Notes: generated by a model not told the origin, from the letters alone. A stretch of DNA of 63,996 nucleotides, filler included, from Elsinoe ampelina (GCA_010093995.1; 4 parts of 4 records of this genome joined end to end with filler, not necessarily neighbours in it); one strand, 5' to 3'. Numbered from the whole stretch's first letter, positions 13,176 through 25,409 are shown. Numbers and translations: made by a program.

Positions 13176-16100
13176 ATGGACGAGCACGAAATTCGCGACA
13201 ATGTCACTACAGCCGAGAATGACGAAGTGAAGCTGTCAGCTCCTGAGGATGCGCCGGAACATACGGACAAAGGACACCACACCCACTCCGCTTCTGGAAA
13301 GCAGGACTCGCCTCAATTAGGAGCTCTTGTACAATACTGGGTGGACCGAGCTTTACAATTCTTCTCACATGCGAGCAATGAGACTCTGGGAGCTTGCTTC
13401 GTGGGACTTGGAGCATCGACTTACCTGGTGCTCGGACGGGTAGGATTGGTGTTGATCGGTGTGGTGGGTGGTATCGCTCTACATGCCACGTGGGAGAGCT
13501 CGGCAACAGGATCTGAGCTGGGTGGCAACGCCGGCGACCGAGATGCGCAAAGAAGGCGAGAGCTAGGTCTGGAGGTGGTGCAACGAGTATGGAGGTGGAG
13601 AGATCGCAGACAAGATACGGATTCGGAACCAGACAAAGAGGTTGAGGATGATCTCGGACTCAAAATGTTCCAGGGGAAGAGTCTGGACTTCTCGGAATTC
13701 CAACCAGAAACTGCAGAAGCGCTGGACGTCTTCACGACTGCAGTCATCCGGGACTATGTCAAGTGGTGGTACTCGCCTGTATTGCCGGGAGAGGAGGACT
13801 TTCCAGCTGCCTGTCGACAAACTTTCACAGCCTTCTTGCTGTCCTTATCTGGTCATGTCTCGAGGAAGCGACCGACGGAGATGTTCTTAAATTTCGCCAT
13901 CAATTCTTCCTCCATTATGATCGCATTCTTCTCGGAGCTTGCAGCGGCACTGAATGCCTCACCGAACTCGGACGCTGCATCGGCTATAGATACTTACATG
14001 CAAATGAAGCCAGACTCGAGCCTAGCGCAAATGCTGGATCAGGATGCACAAGCGAAAAAGTTGAGTCTAGTATCGGAAGATATCCTGCAGAACTATTTGG
14101 ACCCAAAGGCATACAACTTTCCTCCTGTAAGGGTATTCTTACATCAAGTCATGTCAAAGCTGGTGCTTGGCATGACGCTGGAGAGCTGCTCGAAGCCTGA
14201 CTGGATCAACGGCTGGATTGTGTATCTCTTGGAAGATGGCGAACCGGAGATTATGCAAGTGATCGACGCTAGTGTTGAGAGCGCCACTGAGAAAGCTCCA
14301 TCGAGTGACTCCACTCAGGCTATCCCGAAAGAGGTACTCGAAACAAGCAAGTCGCCGGATCATCAAAGGCACAAAAGCAGAGCCGAAGAAGCAATGGAGG
14401 AGGCGCTGCAAGAGGCAAAGAGGCTGACGGAATTGATCGCTGAAGACGAGTCGAAGAAAGCGCAGGCACAGTCGGACATCCTTGTCAGCAGTGATGTCTC
14501 AGAAGATACCACACAAGGTATCAGGACTCCAACATCGTCTCAAAGCGAATCGGAAAGAAACGAGGCATCGAGAGTGGTCGCCGAAGCAGCGCTCGATCTG
14601 CCCGGGGAAGCAATACCTGCGTCAGCACCACCAACAATACAGACCCAACAGTTCACAAGCTTCGATCAGATACTTCCCTTCCAAGGACCTGAGACGCCTA
14701 GCAGCATGTATGACGAGCCGAAACCGGTGCTCACGTTGCACAATGCCAAAGTCTCAATCTTCGACGATTCTATGCCTGGGGAGAAGACAGTAATGAAGTC
14801 GAAGCCAAACGTCGATTACTTGATCCAGATCGAGCCGGCAGACTCACGCTTCTCTGGGTGGATGATAGCAAGGAAATATATGGACTTTGAAGTGCTCCAT
14901 GAAGTTCTTCGTAGGATATCGGTCATCACTGGTGTCAGGTTTACCGAGCTCCATGGAGATCTTCCGGGCTGGAAGAAAGTCACAAAGCCCGCCTTCAGAG
15001 ACGAACTCGAGAAGTACCTGACCGACGCGATGAAATATCAACAGCTGGCAGAGAGCGAGGGCATGAAACGATTCCTGGACAAGGAGCAGGGTCTTTCCAA
15101 ATCTCCCGCGTCCGGTAAAGGTCTTGGATGGCCAGATCCACTTTCCATGGGCAAAGGCATGATGGACGTGTTAGCTAAAGCACCCAAGGAAGTCGCAGGA
15201 GGCGGCAAAGCAATTTTTGGAGGTGTCGCTGGTGTCTTGGGTGGTGGTAGCAAAAAATCATCGATAGCACCGCAACCAGTCCGGACGGCATCATCAAGCT
15301 CGCTACCATTCAGCATCTCAAGCCCATCGATTGATCGACAAAGTTCGGATCTCGCCAGTCGCCAGCTTAAAGGTAGTCACGACGCTGGCTCCCGGGAGTC
15401 ACTCGAACGACCATCATCAAAACCACTGCCGGTACAAGAGCTGAGATCGAGAGCCAGCACATCATCACAAGCTCGATCCAGCATAGACAATGCACCCGCC
15501 AAAGCACCTGTCCTGGATACTGTACCACCGCTCGAGATTCCAGCCGATCTTGATACGCTGAACCTGCCACCACCGCCATCCGCGATAGACGAGTACGAAA
15601 CACCATCCAGCAGCATCTCACCAATGGCACAACCACGATCCAGCATCGACAGCCCCGGCCCAAGCCTCCCACCCCGACCCACCAACCCCACGCCAACATC
15701 AACCTCCACCTCAGCGCGCCCCTCCACCGACCTCCCCAAACCCTCCAAACCATCCCCTTCCTCCACTCCCTTGACCACGCAAGAAACAACCGTCACCCTC
15801 GACCTCCTCTTCGCCGTCATCTCCGAACTCTACACCCTCTCCTCAGCCTGGACCTTCCGCCGCACCCTCCTACAAGCAGCACGCACCTACCTCCTCCGCC
15901 CAGGCAACCCCCAACTCGAAACCATCCGCCTCACGCTCCAAGAATCCATCATCGACGCGCACAGCTCGGACGCCGGCGTCGCGAGACTCATCCTCAAGAC
16001 GAGGGAGAACAGCTTGCCGACGGAGGAGGAGTTGGCGGGGTGGCCGAAAGAGTTGGGGGAGAGGGAGAGTGAGGCGTTGAGGGTCAAGGCGAGGAGGTTG

Positions 16101-16262
16101 TTGGTCGAGAGGGGCATGCCGATGGCGTTGACGAGTGTGATGGGGCAGGCGGCGAGTGGGGAGGCGCTTGGGAGGGTGTTTGATTGTTTGCAGATCAGGG
16201 GCGTGGCGAGGAGTTTGGAGTTTGGGTTGTTGTTGCAGGGGTTGAGGGCTGTGGTGCAGTGA
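13176..16262 (+). CDS. PXA-PX-nexin C-terminal domain protein (sorting-nexin type) with N-terminal membrane segments
   Basis: 1028-aa ORF; hydrophobic N-terminal stretch; PXA-like VIRDYVKWWY; PX-like YLIQIE...WMIARKYMDFEVLHEVL; C-terminal LLFAVISELYTLSSAW. Confidence 0.8.
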   Translation: MDEHEIRDNVTTAENDEVKLSAPEDAPEHTDKGHHTHSASGKQDSPQLGALVQYWVDRALQFFSHASNETLGACFVGLGASTYLVLGRVGLVLIGVVGGIALHATWESSATGSELGGNAGDRDAQRRRELGLEVVQRVWRWRDRRQDTDSEPDKEVEDDLGLKMFQGKSLDFSEFQPETAEALDVFTTAVIRDYVKWWYSPVLPGEEDFPAACRQTFTAFLLSLSGHVSRKRPTEMFLNFAINSSSIMIAFFSELAAALNASPNSDAASAIDTYMQMKPDSSLAQMLDQDAQAKKLSLVSEDILQNYLDPKAYNFPPVRVFLHQVMSKLVLGMTLESCSKPDWINGWIVYLLEDGEPEIMQVIDASVESATEKAPSSDSTQAIPKEVLETSKSPDHQRHKSRAEEAMEEALQEAKRLTELIAEDESKKAQAQSDILVSSDVSEDTTQGIRTPTSSQSESERNEASRVVAEAALDLPGEAIPASAPPTIQTQQFTSFDQILPFQGPETPSSMYDEPKPVLTLHNAKVSIFDDSMPGEKTVMKSKPNVDYLIQIEPADSRFSGWMIARKYMDFEVLHEVLRRISVITGVRFTELHGDLPGWKKVTKPAFRDELEKYLTDAMKYQQLAESEGMKRFLDKEQGLSKSPASGKGLGWPDPLSMGKGMMDVLAKAPKEVAGGGKAIFGGVAGVLGGGSKKSSIAPQPVRTASSSSLPFSISSPSIDRQSSDLASRQLKGSHDAGSRESLERPSSKPLPVQELRSRASTSSQARSSIDNAPAKAPVLDTVPPLEIPADLDTLNLPPPPSAIDEYETPSSSISPMAQPRSSIDSPGPSLPPRPTNPTPTSTSTSARPSTDLPKPSKPSPSSTPLTTQETTVTLDLLFAVISELYTLSSAWTFRRTLLQAARTYLLRPGNPQLETIRLTLQESIIDAHSSDAGVARLILKTRENSLPTEEELAGWPKELGERESEALRVKARRLLVERGMPMALTSVMGQAASGEALGRVFDCLQIRGVARSLEFGLLLQGLRAVVQ

Positions 16263-17213
16263 GGATGGGGGTTTGGTGGGGCGGGCGGGGGTGGAGGTTT
16301 GATTGGTCTGGGCGAACGTGAATGGGATATGGCACGTGGATGGGAAAGGCTGCATTGGGATGGGGGAATAGCGTCGGGGTCTGTCTGGACATGTACGGAT
16401 GACGATTGTATGGTTGGGTGGTGTACAATAATGCATTTCATGAGCCGTCTGTTCCTGGCCTCTATTCACAAGGACCGTGCTTGCTTTGGACTACCAACTT
16501 CCTTTCATCGCAGCATGCTGCTCTATCCCCCATCCTGGTCCCTCCATGCTTCATCATAAGCAGCCTATTACACACTTCGTCACCCATCTCACTCTCCACG
16601 ATGATACACTGCTTGAGCTCAGCAAGCGACCCACCTCACCACTCCCCTCCCCTTCCGCCCATGTGCCGACCTTTGTGTCAAGGGACAAAGCCCTCTCCCC
16701 CCATCCCGCTTCCCACGTGCCAACAAAGGCCCCCTCGCCTCAAACCCGCGCACGTGGAACCCACGCATTCCACGCGCCCGGAACAAAGCCGTCCCATCCG
16801 GCCCGGCACAAAGCGCCCACCCAAACAGGAAACCAGCAAGCGAGATGACATTTGCTGCACAAAGGACGATTACCAGAAAGGGATGACAGGCAGGACTGAT
16901 CTGGTAGATACACGGTCCGATGGGGTTAGTGCCGCGAGGTGTCCTTTGTCGGATATTTCGGTATATACGTAGGCGGGAGATTGTGGCGTCCGGGACATGG
17001 GTGTCATTGTCCTCTGCTCATGGGAGGGACTCGTGATGTGGGAAGACCTGGGTGGGTGATGCTGGGTAGCCACCGAGGTGCATGGTCAGGTGGACTTTGT
17101 ATTGAACTTTGAAGGTTGTACAAAACCGCTTGAGGCCCCGAGATCGCCGAGCGGTCGTCATTCGTATATTGTAGCAAGGAGGACTTCGACTTTCAAGTTG
17201 AGGATCAAGAGCA

Positions 17214-18143
17214 ATGCAAGACCTCGATATGATCGACATAGCACCACTGGCGGCGTTGACGGCGACGCCAACTTCATCTCCGACTTCGATACCCGCTTCA
17301 CCGATGACTCCATCGTCGTTTGTGAGCTCACCACCATCAGCGATTTCAGTACCAATGAGACCGGCAGATCCGCTCGCTTGGCTGTGGCAGTGTCATGTCT
17401 GCCATCGCACATATCGGCTCGCGGTCACGAGGAGGTGTCTGGATGATGGCCATCGCTTCTGTGCTGGCGTCACCATTGTCCATAAGCGAGACCAGAAGCC
17501 GAAAGTGAAACGCCATAGAGCATGTGCGAGCGAATTCGACTACAACGGCTGGAAGGCGTTTGGCGCATGGCGACGGGCGGTAGCCTATGAGGATGCGGAC
17601 GAGAGTGACAAGGAAAACATCGATGCCAGTCGACCACCCACGAAGCACACCAAAGACTGCTGGAACAAGTGCGACTATCCGAGCCAGTGTAGATGGGGTG
17701 ATCGCTTCTCTCCGGTGGAGTCGAGAGGCGAGACATTGTCTCCAGTAAAGGAGTCGATGGACGAGGACAGGACAGAGCAAGATGAGATTGCCCAGCAGCC
17801 GACACCCAAGACCAGCTTTGAGGATATGCTCGGCGCTGATCATCAGCCAGAAAACTCAGGCAGGGAGTCCAGATTCCACGAGCATATGGACGACATAGAT
17901 CTAACGGACCAGACTGACCAGGTCGCCCCACCGCAGACCATATGCGACGTCGTAGCGTCCAAAAGCTTGGATGACTTTGAAGTTGAGATCCGAAAGAGCA
18001 TCCTGAGAGTCAGCGAGTTGGCAACCGAAGCGATGTTGCAGTTCCGATATCCGAGCCCGAGCTCAGAGTCGCGACCAACGAGTCGGAGAAGCAGGAGCTG
18101 GAGGAAAGATAAAACTCGTGGCGATGAAGTAACTGCCTTCTGA
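17214..18143 (+). CDS. Hypothetical protein with Cys/His clusters (putative zinc-binding)
   Basis: WQCHVC...RRCLDDGHRFC...RACASEFDYNGW...DCWNKCDYPSQC in a 309-aa ORF. Confidence 0.7.
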   Translation: MQDLDMIDIAPLAALTATPTSSPTSIPASPMTPSSFVSSPPSAISVPMRPADPLAWLWQCHVCHRTYRLAVTRRCLDDGHRFCAGVTIVHKRDQKPKVKRHRACASEFDYNGWKAFGAWRRAVAYEDADESDKENIDASRPPTKHTKDCWNKCDYPSQCRWGDRFSPVESRGETLSPVKESMDEDRTEQDEIAQQPTPKTSFEDMLGADHQPENSGRESRFHEHMDDIDLTDQTDQVAPPQTICDVVASKSLDDFEVEIRKSILRVSELATEAMLQFRYPSPSSESRPTSRRSRSWRKDKTRGDEVTAF

Positions 18144-18177
18144 ACATGAAATGCCAGTGTCACTCTTTTCACGTTGA

Positions 18178-19445
18178 TCATCGATTGTGCTGTGCCTTCC
18201 ACTTCTCGATCCATGCCTTGGCTTGAGACCGGGGTACTACGTTGATCTGAAGTAGTCCATCGACGACCTCGACTTTGCCGGAACTGAGGATCTTCAGGAG
18301 AGCCATGTTCTTGCCTGCCTTGACGAGTCCACCACTGATAGTCGCAACGTAGCAATCGACATTGTCAAATGTATATTCTGACTCCTCGTCCCAAGGAAGC
18401 GGGAGGATGTATTCCAGATGAGCGGCCAGATTCTCATTCTCGCAGAATTGTTTGATGAAATCTGACTGGGCGTGTACGGGGTAGAGCAGCATGACGGGGA
18501 AGCGTAGAATCGATTTGGGGTCAAGGGGATCTTCAAGACTGAGCACAGCGTCTTCCATGTCCGGTGCCTTTGCAGTGGTTCTTGCTACAATGTTGCGGGA
18601 CACGAGAGCTGTTCGAAGTGCCGTCTCCTCTGCCCGCTTCCGCTCCTCTCGCTTACGCCGGGCATTCTCCTGGTCCTGGACATACTGCTTGCGTTTGGCA
18701 ATCTTGTTCGCGAGTGTCTGGAGCGCAGCGTTGCTTAAATCGACCCCCAGACCACGATGGCAAGCGTCTTCAGCTTCTGGTAGCTTGTCTAGGGCGAGAC
18801 ATGCTGTGGCTGACCTGTACCATGCCTTGACATTCTGCGGATTCATGAGCAGGGTGGCTGCACAGTCTCTGTTGCAGGATCCATAATTCTCTGTTTTCTG
18901 TTAGTATAGCAGTCTAGGAAAACGAAATTCCATATCGACTTCGTACTTAGCTCAAGATTGCACAACGCTCGATTGACCAGACTTGCTTCCATGATCTGAC
19001 GCTGCCTACGGGTTTCCTCGTCTTCGTCCACATCAAGGACTTCGAAATCGGAGGGTCCCTCCCCGCCCTTTGCTTTTTGAAGCTGTTCATCCGTCATTTT
19101 GAGGCTTTGAATTGCCCGATCATAAAATTCTCTTGCATCCTTCCACAATTTCTGCTTTGCGGCTTCATTTCCTTGTTCTCGGAAGTTACCTGCAATTTCT
19201 GCTCTCGTGCCCTCGTACGCGAGTGCTTTGATGGCTTCGAGTTGAATGTTGTCGCCGTCGCCAATATCATCGAGATTTGTCATGAACAGTGGCACTTTGT
19301 TCATTTGCTCCAAGACCTCGTCAGCAGAGTACTGCTTCACATCCTTCATTGCCGGCGGGATGGAAGCGCCGGCACCCGCGGTTGGTGAAGGCCCGGTCTT
19401 CGCATTTGGGTCAAGAGCGTCCCGAATAGTCTCGAGAGACTCCAT
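18178..19445 (-). CDS. CNS1: Hsp70/Hsp90 TPR co-chaperone Cns1/TTC4; intron 18891-18946
   Basis: MNKVPLFMT, AIKALAYEG, NFREQGNE, TPR NRALCNLELKNYGSCNRDC, C-terminal FPVMLLYPVHAQSDFI wheel domain. Confidence 0.92.
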
Positions 19446-20207
19446 ATTCGAATGCTCAATCAGTGCAATCACACTCGATGCAAGGACATGGAAACAGTGT
19501 AAATGGATCAGCAAGTTACAAAGAAATTCTGTATTCGCGGAGAAAAATCCCGAAATTCCGGAAGCGGTACTCCGATCTCGGCCGATCAAGTTTGGTAGCT
19601 TCTTGCTTACCTAAGTACGTGACATTCAACAGGTACACTTGGTCTGTTGTTGACTTCATCATTGTCAATGGTGTACAACATGTAATGAAGGATACGATTG
19701 AGACGAAGTGCACGGATGTATTTCTCTACAGGGTCATGCTCTGCAGTTGGCAAACCTTTCTCACCACGCCGCACAAATACGCGCCGAACTGTGCCACCGG
19801 AGCCAATGTCTTCTCTTGGATTCCGCGCCCTCGGCGACTTAGCGACCCGGCCTGAGGCACCTTTCATCTCCTATGTGTCTTTTTAATGGATCTAATGCTC
19901 CAACCGTCTCCGATCCTTCGACTAGCGCTGCCGCACGGTCTCGGATTTGCATACACCATCGTCAGAAGACGCGACGAATCGGGCTTTCACAGCCATTCGT
20001 TCTACCAAAATGTAAATGAGTGTCTACTAGGGTCGTTCCTCCAAGATTGGTGAGTCATATTCGCTTATTTCCCTGGAATATCCCTTCCCTGTCCCCTTTC
20101 CAATTTGCACAATAAATTAGAGAAGTTTTGTCCCACTGTTCGTTTTCTCTGTATTTGGGCCTTTTTGAATTGCACTTCTTGTACGGCCATATTTATTCAG
20201 AATCATC

Positions 20208-21953
20208 ATGAGCGGCGGGGTCCCCATTGCAGTCATGGTCAGCGAAGGGCCTGTTGCAGCAAGCCCAACGCCTCCACCACTTGCGTCGGACATTACAAGC
20301 GCCTCACATAATCTGCCGCCGGAATTAAGACGAATACCACATACCAGAGCCGGGCTTCAGAAAGGTCAGGGCTCATCGGGTCTCCAAAGAAGGTTTCGGA
20401 ATTACATCAGTGGTCGGCGGAAATTGCCTGTCTTTCCCAGGGCATTTCTTACGGGGCCCGCCAGGAAATCGGACTCCAATGTGATACAGAAGTATGGTTC
20501 AACGACAGAGATATTCAGGTTGATGAAGACCATGACGATCACCAAGGCCCTTGTAACCTTTTACCAGAAGCATCTACCTGGTCTCCGGCTCGATAGTGGC
20601 ATGTCGATGAGGGAACTCTTGAAGAAACTTCATCTGGTCGACCCTGACGAAGGGACTGAATTTGCGGTCGACGCTCCATGGATGACAACCTACTTGGAGT
20701 GGCAAGACATTGCACACAAGCGTCCCAAAGCCTCGGTGGAATGGCTACCAATGAGGAAGCGAAAGAGAGCGAGTTACCCCACGGATACAAAACGTCGACG
20801 TACAGGCGATGATACCGCTCGTCATAGTATTACTCGAGGGGTCGAACAGTTCGCTGATGATTCGTATCATGGGTCGGACACCGATGAAGAAGTAGACAAT
20901 GCGTTCCCCACGGTCAGACAGCCATTGCTGAGGGACAACATCACGGTCACCCACAACACGATACATCCAAACCACGATAGATCCACACCTGAATCACCAG
21001 TATATGATCATGTGCCGGACCTAGGTCACCGCAGAAGCGAAACATTGAGTCCAACCCACCAAATCGACGAAGCACCACGCCAGGCTCCATCGTCCTCTAC
21101 ATCTACCACGCCATGGTCTCGAAGATCTCCAAGATTACCAATCTTCTTCGCAGGCGAGGGCCGGGACATCAACACCTACAATTTGAGCATAATTGAGAAA
21201 TACTGCTGCAATGAACGCAACCTTTCCAGGGTTCTTCCCGCAGATCTGCAACGTTATATCGCCATGGCCGCATTATTGGCGGAGACAGACCATGGAAGAA
21301 GCCACAAGCATTTGCACCTCTACATAATGTGGCTGAATGACTGGCTGGACACGAATCTTTCAGCAATGGAGCAGCTACAGGAAGCAGAATTCCGCATTTG
21401 CCCTTTCGATGATTATCCTGACGATTGTCAGGCGTACATCAGGACATTCTTTAACAATACATCGTCGGAAAGAGACCAGGAAATTGCGTTTGGTGATCAA
21501 ATCAAGACACTTGCTGCCGGTCAGCTGGTTGATCCAGAGATCTTGTGTACTAGCGACAAGCTTCTGAACTTCGACAAGTCTCAGCTAGCAGAGATGACAA
21601 GGCTAGTAACGAATATAGATGAGAACGCCGATCTCATCTTCTCTCAAGCAGATCTGGATTTTATTGCGGACCAATATCAAATACCGCATCACCTCCGGAC
21701 TATGGATGAAGAGTTGAAAGGCAGCAGGATTCGCATGCTCAATACACTACTACATCAAGGGACACAGCTTCCCCACGGCCGATGTCTGTATCGTACGTAC
21801 TGTGAGTGGGCTTTCAAGTTTGCCCAATGTGTTTGCGAGAATTACCAAGAGATGGTACATGTTTTAGACGCGGACGACGACGGTCGTGGTGAGATTAGTA
21901 GGATGGCAATCATGGGTGCTTATTTCGTGTTGAAGACGTCGATGCAGCAATGA
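20208..21953 (+). CDS. Orphan 581-aa protein, tandem paralogue A
   Basis: Long intronless ORF; colinear motifs shared with 22300-24045; basic NLS-like MRKRKR/KRRR. Confidence 0.8.
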   Translation: MSGGVPIAVMVSEGPVAASPTPPPLASDITSASHNLPPELRRIPHTRAGLQKGQGSSGLQRRFRNYISGRRKLPVFPRAFLTGPARKSDSNVIQKYGSTTEIFRLMKTMTITKALVTFYQKHLPGLRLDSGMSMRELLKKLHLVDPDEGTEFAVDAPWMTTYLEWQDIAHKRPKASVEWLPMRKRKRASYPTDTKRRRTGDDTARHSITRGVEQFADDSYHGSDTDEEVDNAFPTVRQPLLRDNITVTHNTIHPNHDRSTPESPVYDHVPDLGHRRSETLSPTHQIDEAPRQAPSSSTSTTPWSRRSPRLPIFFAGEGRDINTYNLSIIEKYCCNERNLSRVLPADLQRYIAMAALLAETDHGRSHKHLHLYIMWLNDWLDTNLSAMEQLQEAEFRICPFDDYPDDCQAYIRTFFNNTSSERDQEIAFGDQIKTLAAGQLVDPEILCTSDKLLNFDKSQLAEMTRLVTNIDENADLIFSQADLDFIADQYQIPHHLRTMDEELKGSRIRMLNTLLHQGTQLPHGRCLYRTYCEWAFKFAQCVCENYQEMVHVLDADDDGRGEISRMAIMGAYFVLKTSMQQ

Positions 21954-22299
21954 TTGTCCTGGGAAATTGCTTGGTATATTGCCTCGAGAACCTGTTTCAG
22001 ACACAATTTCGTACCATGAGAATCTTCGCCGTAAAGCTCGCGAGGTACAACTATATGCGGAACGAATCTGAAGTTTCTTTACGTTTCCACGGCTACCCGC
22101 CTGGATGGTTGAGGATGCTATTGGTTGCCAAAGTGGTAACAAACGAAGCAATAGCGCTAAGGCCCGAAGTGGCGATACAGGTACGCGTCGCCAAAACATC
22201 TCGCCGAAAACGAAGGATTTTTCATCTCGCGAACGTTGCAGTCAATCATCGTGACAACACTCCAGAATCTCTTCGAGAACATACTTTTGATGAGCAGCG

Positions 22300-24045
22300 A
22301 TGGCAACGTCTCAACAAGCATCGAAAAGTACCACGGGCATCACCTTGCGCCTCCCAGACATCCTCAAGACCGTCCCAGATCCAACATCATGGACGACCCT
22401 CACTGCAAAGCAGAAGTGTGCCTGGACGAAATGGCAGAAGCGACTTGCTGATGTCCTGGCTCTGGACTCTCCAGTAATAATTCCCTACATGTTCTTACAG
22501 GGAGTCGGCCAACGGCCCAATGGCCTCAATCAACGACACAAGGATGCTATGTTGGCGAATATATGTGCCATGCCATTTTTCGAGGCACTGAAGCTGGCAT
22601 TCGACGACAAGCTGTCTAAGATATCGACGCACGCGATGACTCGACCTGGTGAAGTTGCAGCTGCATTGATGCTCGAGGATCCATTCGCAGAAACTCCACT
22701 GGCCATTGACGGACCGTGGATGACTGCATTCTTGGACTGGCAATACACCGCATGCAAAACACCCAAGGACGAGATTGAGACAATTTCTGAGGAGGAACAC
22801 ACTCGTCTGATGAATCTCAACAAAGCTCGTCCTGTTCATACCCGTCGTACCTCGAAAAGGTCCTTGACTGACAGCGACGATGAGGATTCGGATGATGAGA
22901 CGCCACTCGTAAAGGTCAGACGAGTGCTCAGAAAGCGACATCGAATCGAAGAAGAAGGTGATGAAGATGTGCCAGAAGAATCGGCAGACGACGTGTCCCC
23001 GAGATACATCCAAGATGAAAGCGACAGTATGATCAAGAAGCCAACCCTGCATCGTCAGTCGAATGCCTCGGTCTCGACATCAAGGAGCGGGACACTGTCA
23101 AATCATGTGCGCATAATATCCCCATCGACCCTTGCTAAGATCAGTCACGACAATGCGAGAGTGAGCATCTCGGAACTCCTCAACGTCAAGAACAACAACT
23201 ACCACAGTGGTTGGCGTCGCTTTCCGGGACCATTCAAGGGCAAATCCGAGGAGGTCATTGGTGTCAACTTGAGTTTGCTCAAGGCCCTCGCTCTTCAGCA
23301 TGCCGGTTCTTCGCAATTCCATCCCCGCGATCTCGAAAGATACGTCAGGCTTGCAGATGGATATTACGACGGTGACTACTCCACGGACTTCGCTGTTCAA
23401 CATCTGGACATCTTCACTATGCTGCCCGCATTCTCAGAGACTCTCCGCAAGAGAGCTGACACCAATCAAATCAAGATGAAAGAGGATGAGCACGCCAATT
23501 TCGCGATTGATCTCTTTGCCGAGCTTCCTGATCATTGTCAATCATATGTCGTGAAAACGCTCGGTCGCTCCGAACTCACACGTCAAGAAAAGATGCTCGT
23601 CGGTGATTCCATCAAAACACTACCACTTACCGAAGAAGGGATCGACATTTCCCTTATCACCATGGACACGCCCCAATTCTCGACTCTGGAGTTGGAGAAG
23701 ATGCTCGAGACAACCAAGAGGAATCTCCTCCTCGGAACTTCCGATATGACACTGGATCCGGCCCATATCCTGAGCAAATATGACATCGACATGCCATCCG
23801 GTGAACGCTTCTCCCACAGCTACATTGGTGGACTCCTCAGTCACGTTCTGTCTGGTGAATCTGGACAACAGCTTATCTACAATTATTGCGTGTGGTCTGT
23901 CGAGTTTGCGAAACAGATCGAGCGCGGATTTGGCGAGGTCAAGCGCTTCAAAGGGTTCCTGGGAAGTGCCGACTACGAGGAGATGAAGCTGGCGATTGTG
24001 TATGCCTATGCGACCTTGAGCGAAAAGCTTGAGGCAAGCAAATGA
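22300..24045 (+). CDS. Orphan 581-aa protein, tandem paralogue B
   Basis: Long intronless ORF; AIDGPWMTAFLDWQ matches AVDAPWMTTYLEWQ of paralogue A, among other blocks; basic RRVLRKRHR. Confidence 0.8.
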   Translation: MATSQQASKSTTGITLRLPDILKTVPDPTSWTTLTAKQKCAWTKWQKRLADVLALDSPVIIPYMFLQGVGQRPNGLNQRHKDAMLANICAMPFFEALKLAFDDKLSKISTHAMTRPGEVAAALMLEDPFAETPLAIDGPWMTAFLDWQYTACKTPKDEIETISEEEHTRLMNLNKARPVHTRRTSKRSLTDSDDEDSDDETPLVKVRRVLRKRHRIEEEGDEDVPEESADDVSPRYIQDESDSMIKKPTLHRQSNASVSTSRSGTLSNHVRIISPSTLAKISHDNARVSISELLNVKNNNYHSGWRRFPGPFKGKSEEVIGVNLSLLKALALQHAGSSQFHPRDLERYVRLADGYYDGDYSTDFAVQHLDIFTMLPAFSETLRKRADTNQIKMKEDEHANFAIDLFAELPDHCQSYVVKTLGRSELTRQEKMLVGDSIKTLPLTEEGIDISLITMDTPQFSTLELEKMLETTKRNLLLGTSDMTLDPAHILSKYDIDMPSGERFSHSYIGGLLSHVLSGESGQQLIYNYCVWSVEFAKQIERGFGEVKRFKGFLGSADYEEMKLAIVYAYATLSEKLEASK

Positions 24046-24700
24046 GGACAAAGGTTGTAATACTGGGACATAATATGTCTCTGAGCACGGATGAGAATAA
24101 AGATGAAGAGTAAGGTTTCAGAGTCTGTGGTCTCCGACTGTGATCTATCACGCGCCGCCAGACTTCGCATCGCAGTCGACTCAGCATGGACAAGATCAGA
24201 GAGATTGTGACATCAGTCATGGTGTTGCAATTGATTCAGGACCGTCGGTACTGGTACCTATGTACAAAAGCAATCCAGATTCAGACACTGTGCCATCTTC
24301 CAAGTATATCTGTCATGTCCCAGCTGGAGCCATTTGCGAGTGCGATTTGACTTGCACCAGCCATGTCCCAGAAAACGAGACAGACCGTTAACGACAGGCA
24401 TAAAGCTCCTGCACTCGCGGACTCTACTCGAAGTCCTAGTCATTTGAGTCTGCTTGCCCGTGCTTAGTAAGTGAATCCATGTGTGAGGCGACCCACTGCA
24501 TGTAAAACAGCCCAGTCAGAGTGGAAAGTGCAGGGATATCGTTTGTACACTCCACCACACCTTCGTGAATCATTCCAGTGGACTAAGTTTCAAGAGGTAT
24601 TCTATGTCTCACCGGCCAGCTTTGGGTATGTAAGTTCACGAGCGTCCTCCGGCTTCTGCTCTTCTTTCTCTCAACTCGTAATTCTGCGACCGTCGCTCGC

Positions 24701-25409
24701 ATGGTGAGCACACCTGCGCCGTCGCCAAAGCGCCAGAGACTCTCCGACCACGGTAACCCTGCTCCAGAAAACAACAAGACCGGATGCCAACACATCCGAT
24801 GCCACACGGCGGGAGTCTGGATCTACAGGCTCACCCACAGCTCGATTTCGTGGCCACACCGGCATTGAGTAGACGGGACCAATCCGACGGATGGATGTGC
24901 TGCATGAGAATATCCTCAGCAAGCGGTATGATCATACTGTGATCGATATGGCGAAGGCATTCAAGGCATATGACATTGCGCTACTGGCGAGGCAGTATAG
25001 TCTCCTCCACAAGCTCGTGGCGGGCATGGTGGTGCGTTATACTACGTCGGCAGGGGGAAGGCAGTTGACTTTCCGGCATTTTTATTGGTCGTTGAAGCTG
25101 GGAGAGGCGGTGGAGTGGGCGGCAGGGTATCTTGGGCGGATTCTGGAGGAGGGTGAGGCTGAGGACGAGGACGAGGAAGAGAGAGAGAATGAGGGGTAGA
25201 AGGTTGGATATATGATGCAGGGCTGATTGACTGTTGAAGAGGCAGAAAGCGGTGTGGGGGATACGACGTACGTCTCTGCCGAGTTATGGTTCAATCCGGC
25301 TGGCCGGAGGGGCGCACTTGGTGTGGAGCATGTCTGCCAAGTATTGGAGGTGGAAAGTTTTGGTATCAAGGGTATCGAAGGAGAAATCGGGATTGCTGAA
25401 TTGGCATAA
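24701..25409 (+). pseudogene. Truncated, degenerate third member of the 581-aa family
   Basis: ORF 24891-25199 (KAYDI...GGRQLTFRHFYWSLKLGEAVE) aligns with the paralogue B C-terminus (SKYDI...SGQQLIYNYCVWSVEFAKQIE). In-frame stops at 25197 and 25224. ATG 24701 (PSPKRQRL) is in another frame. Confidence 0.5.
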
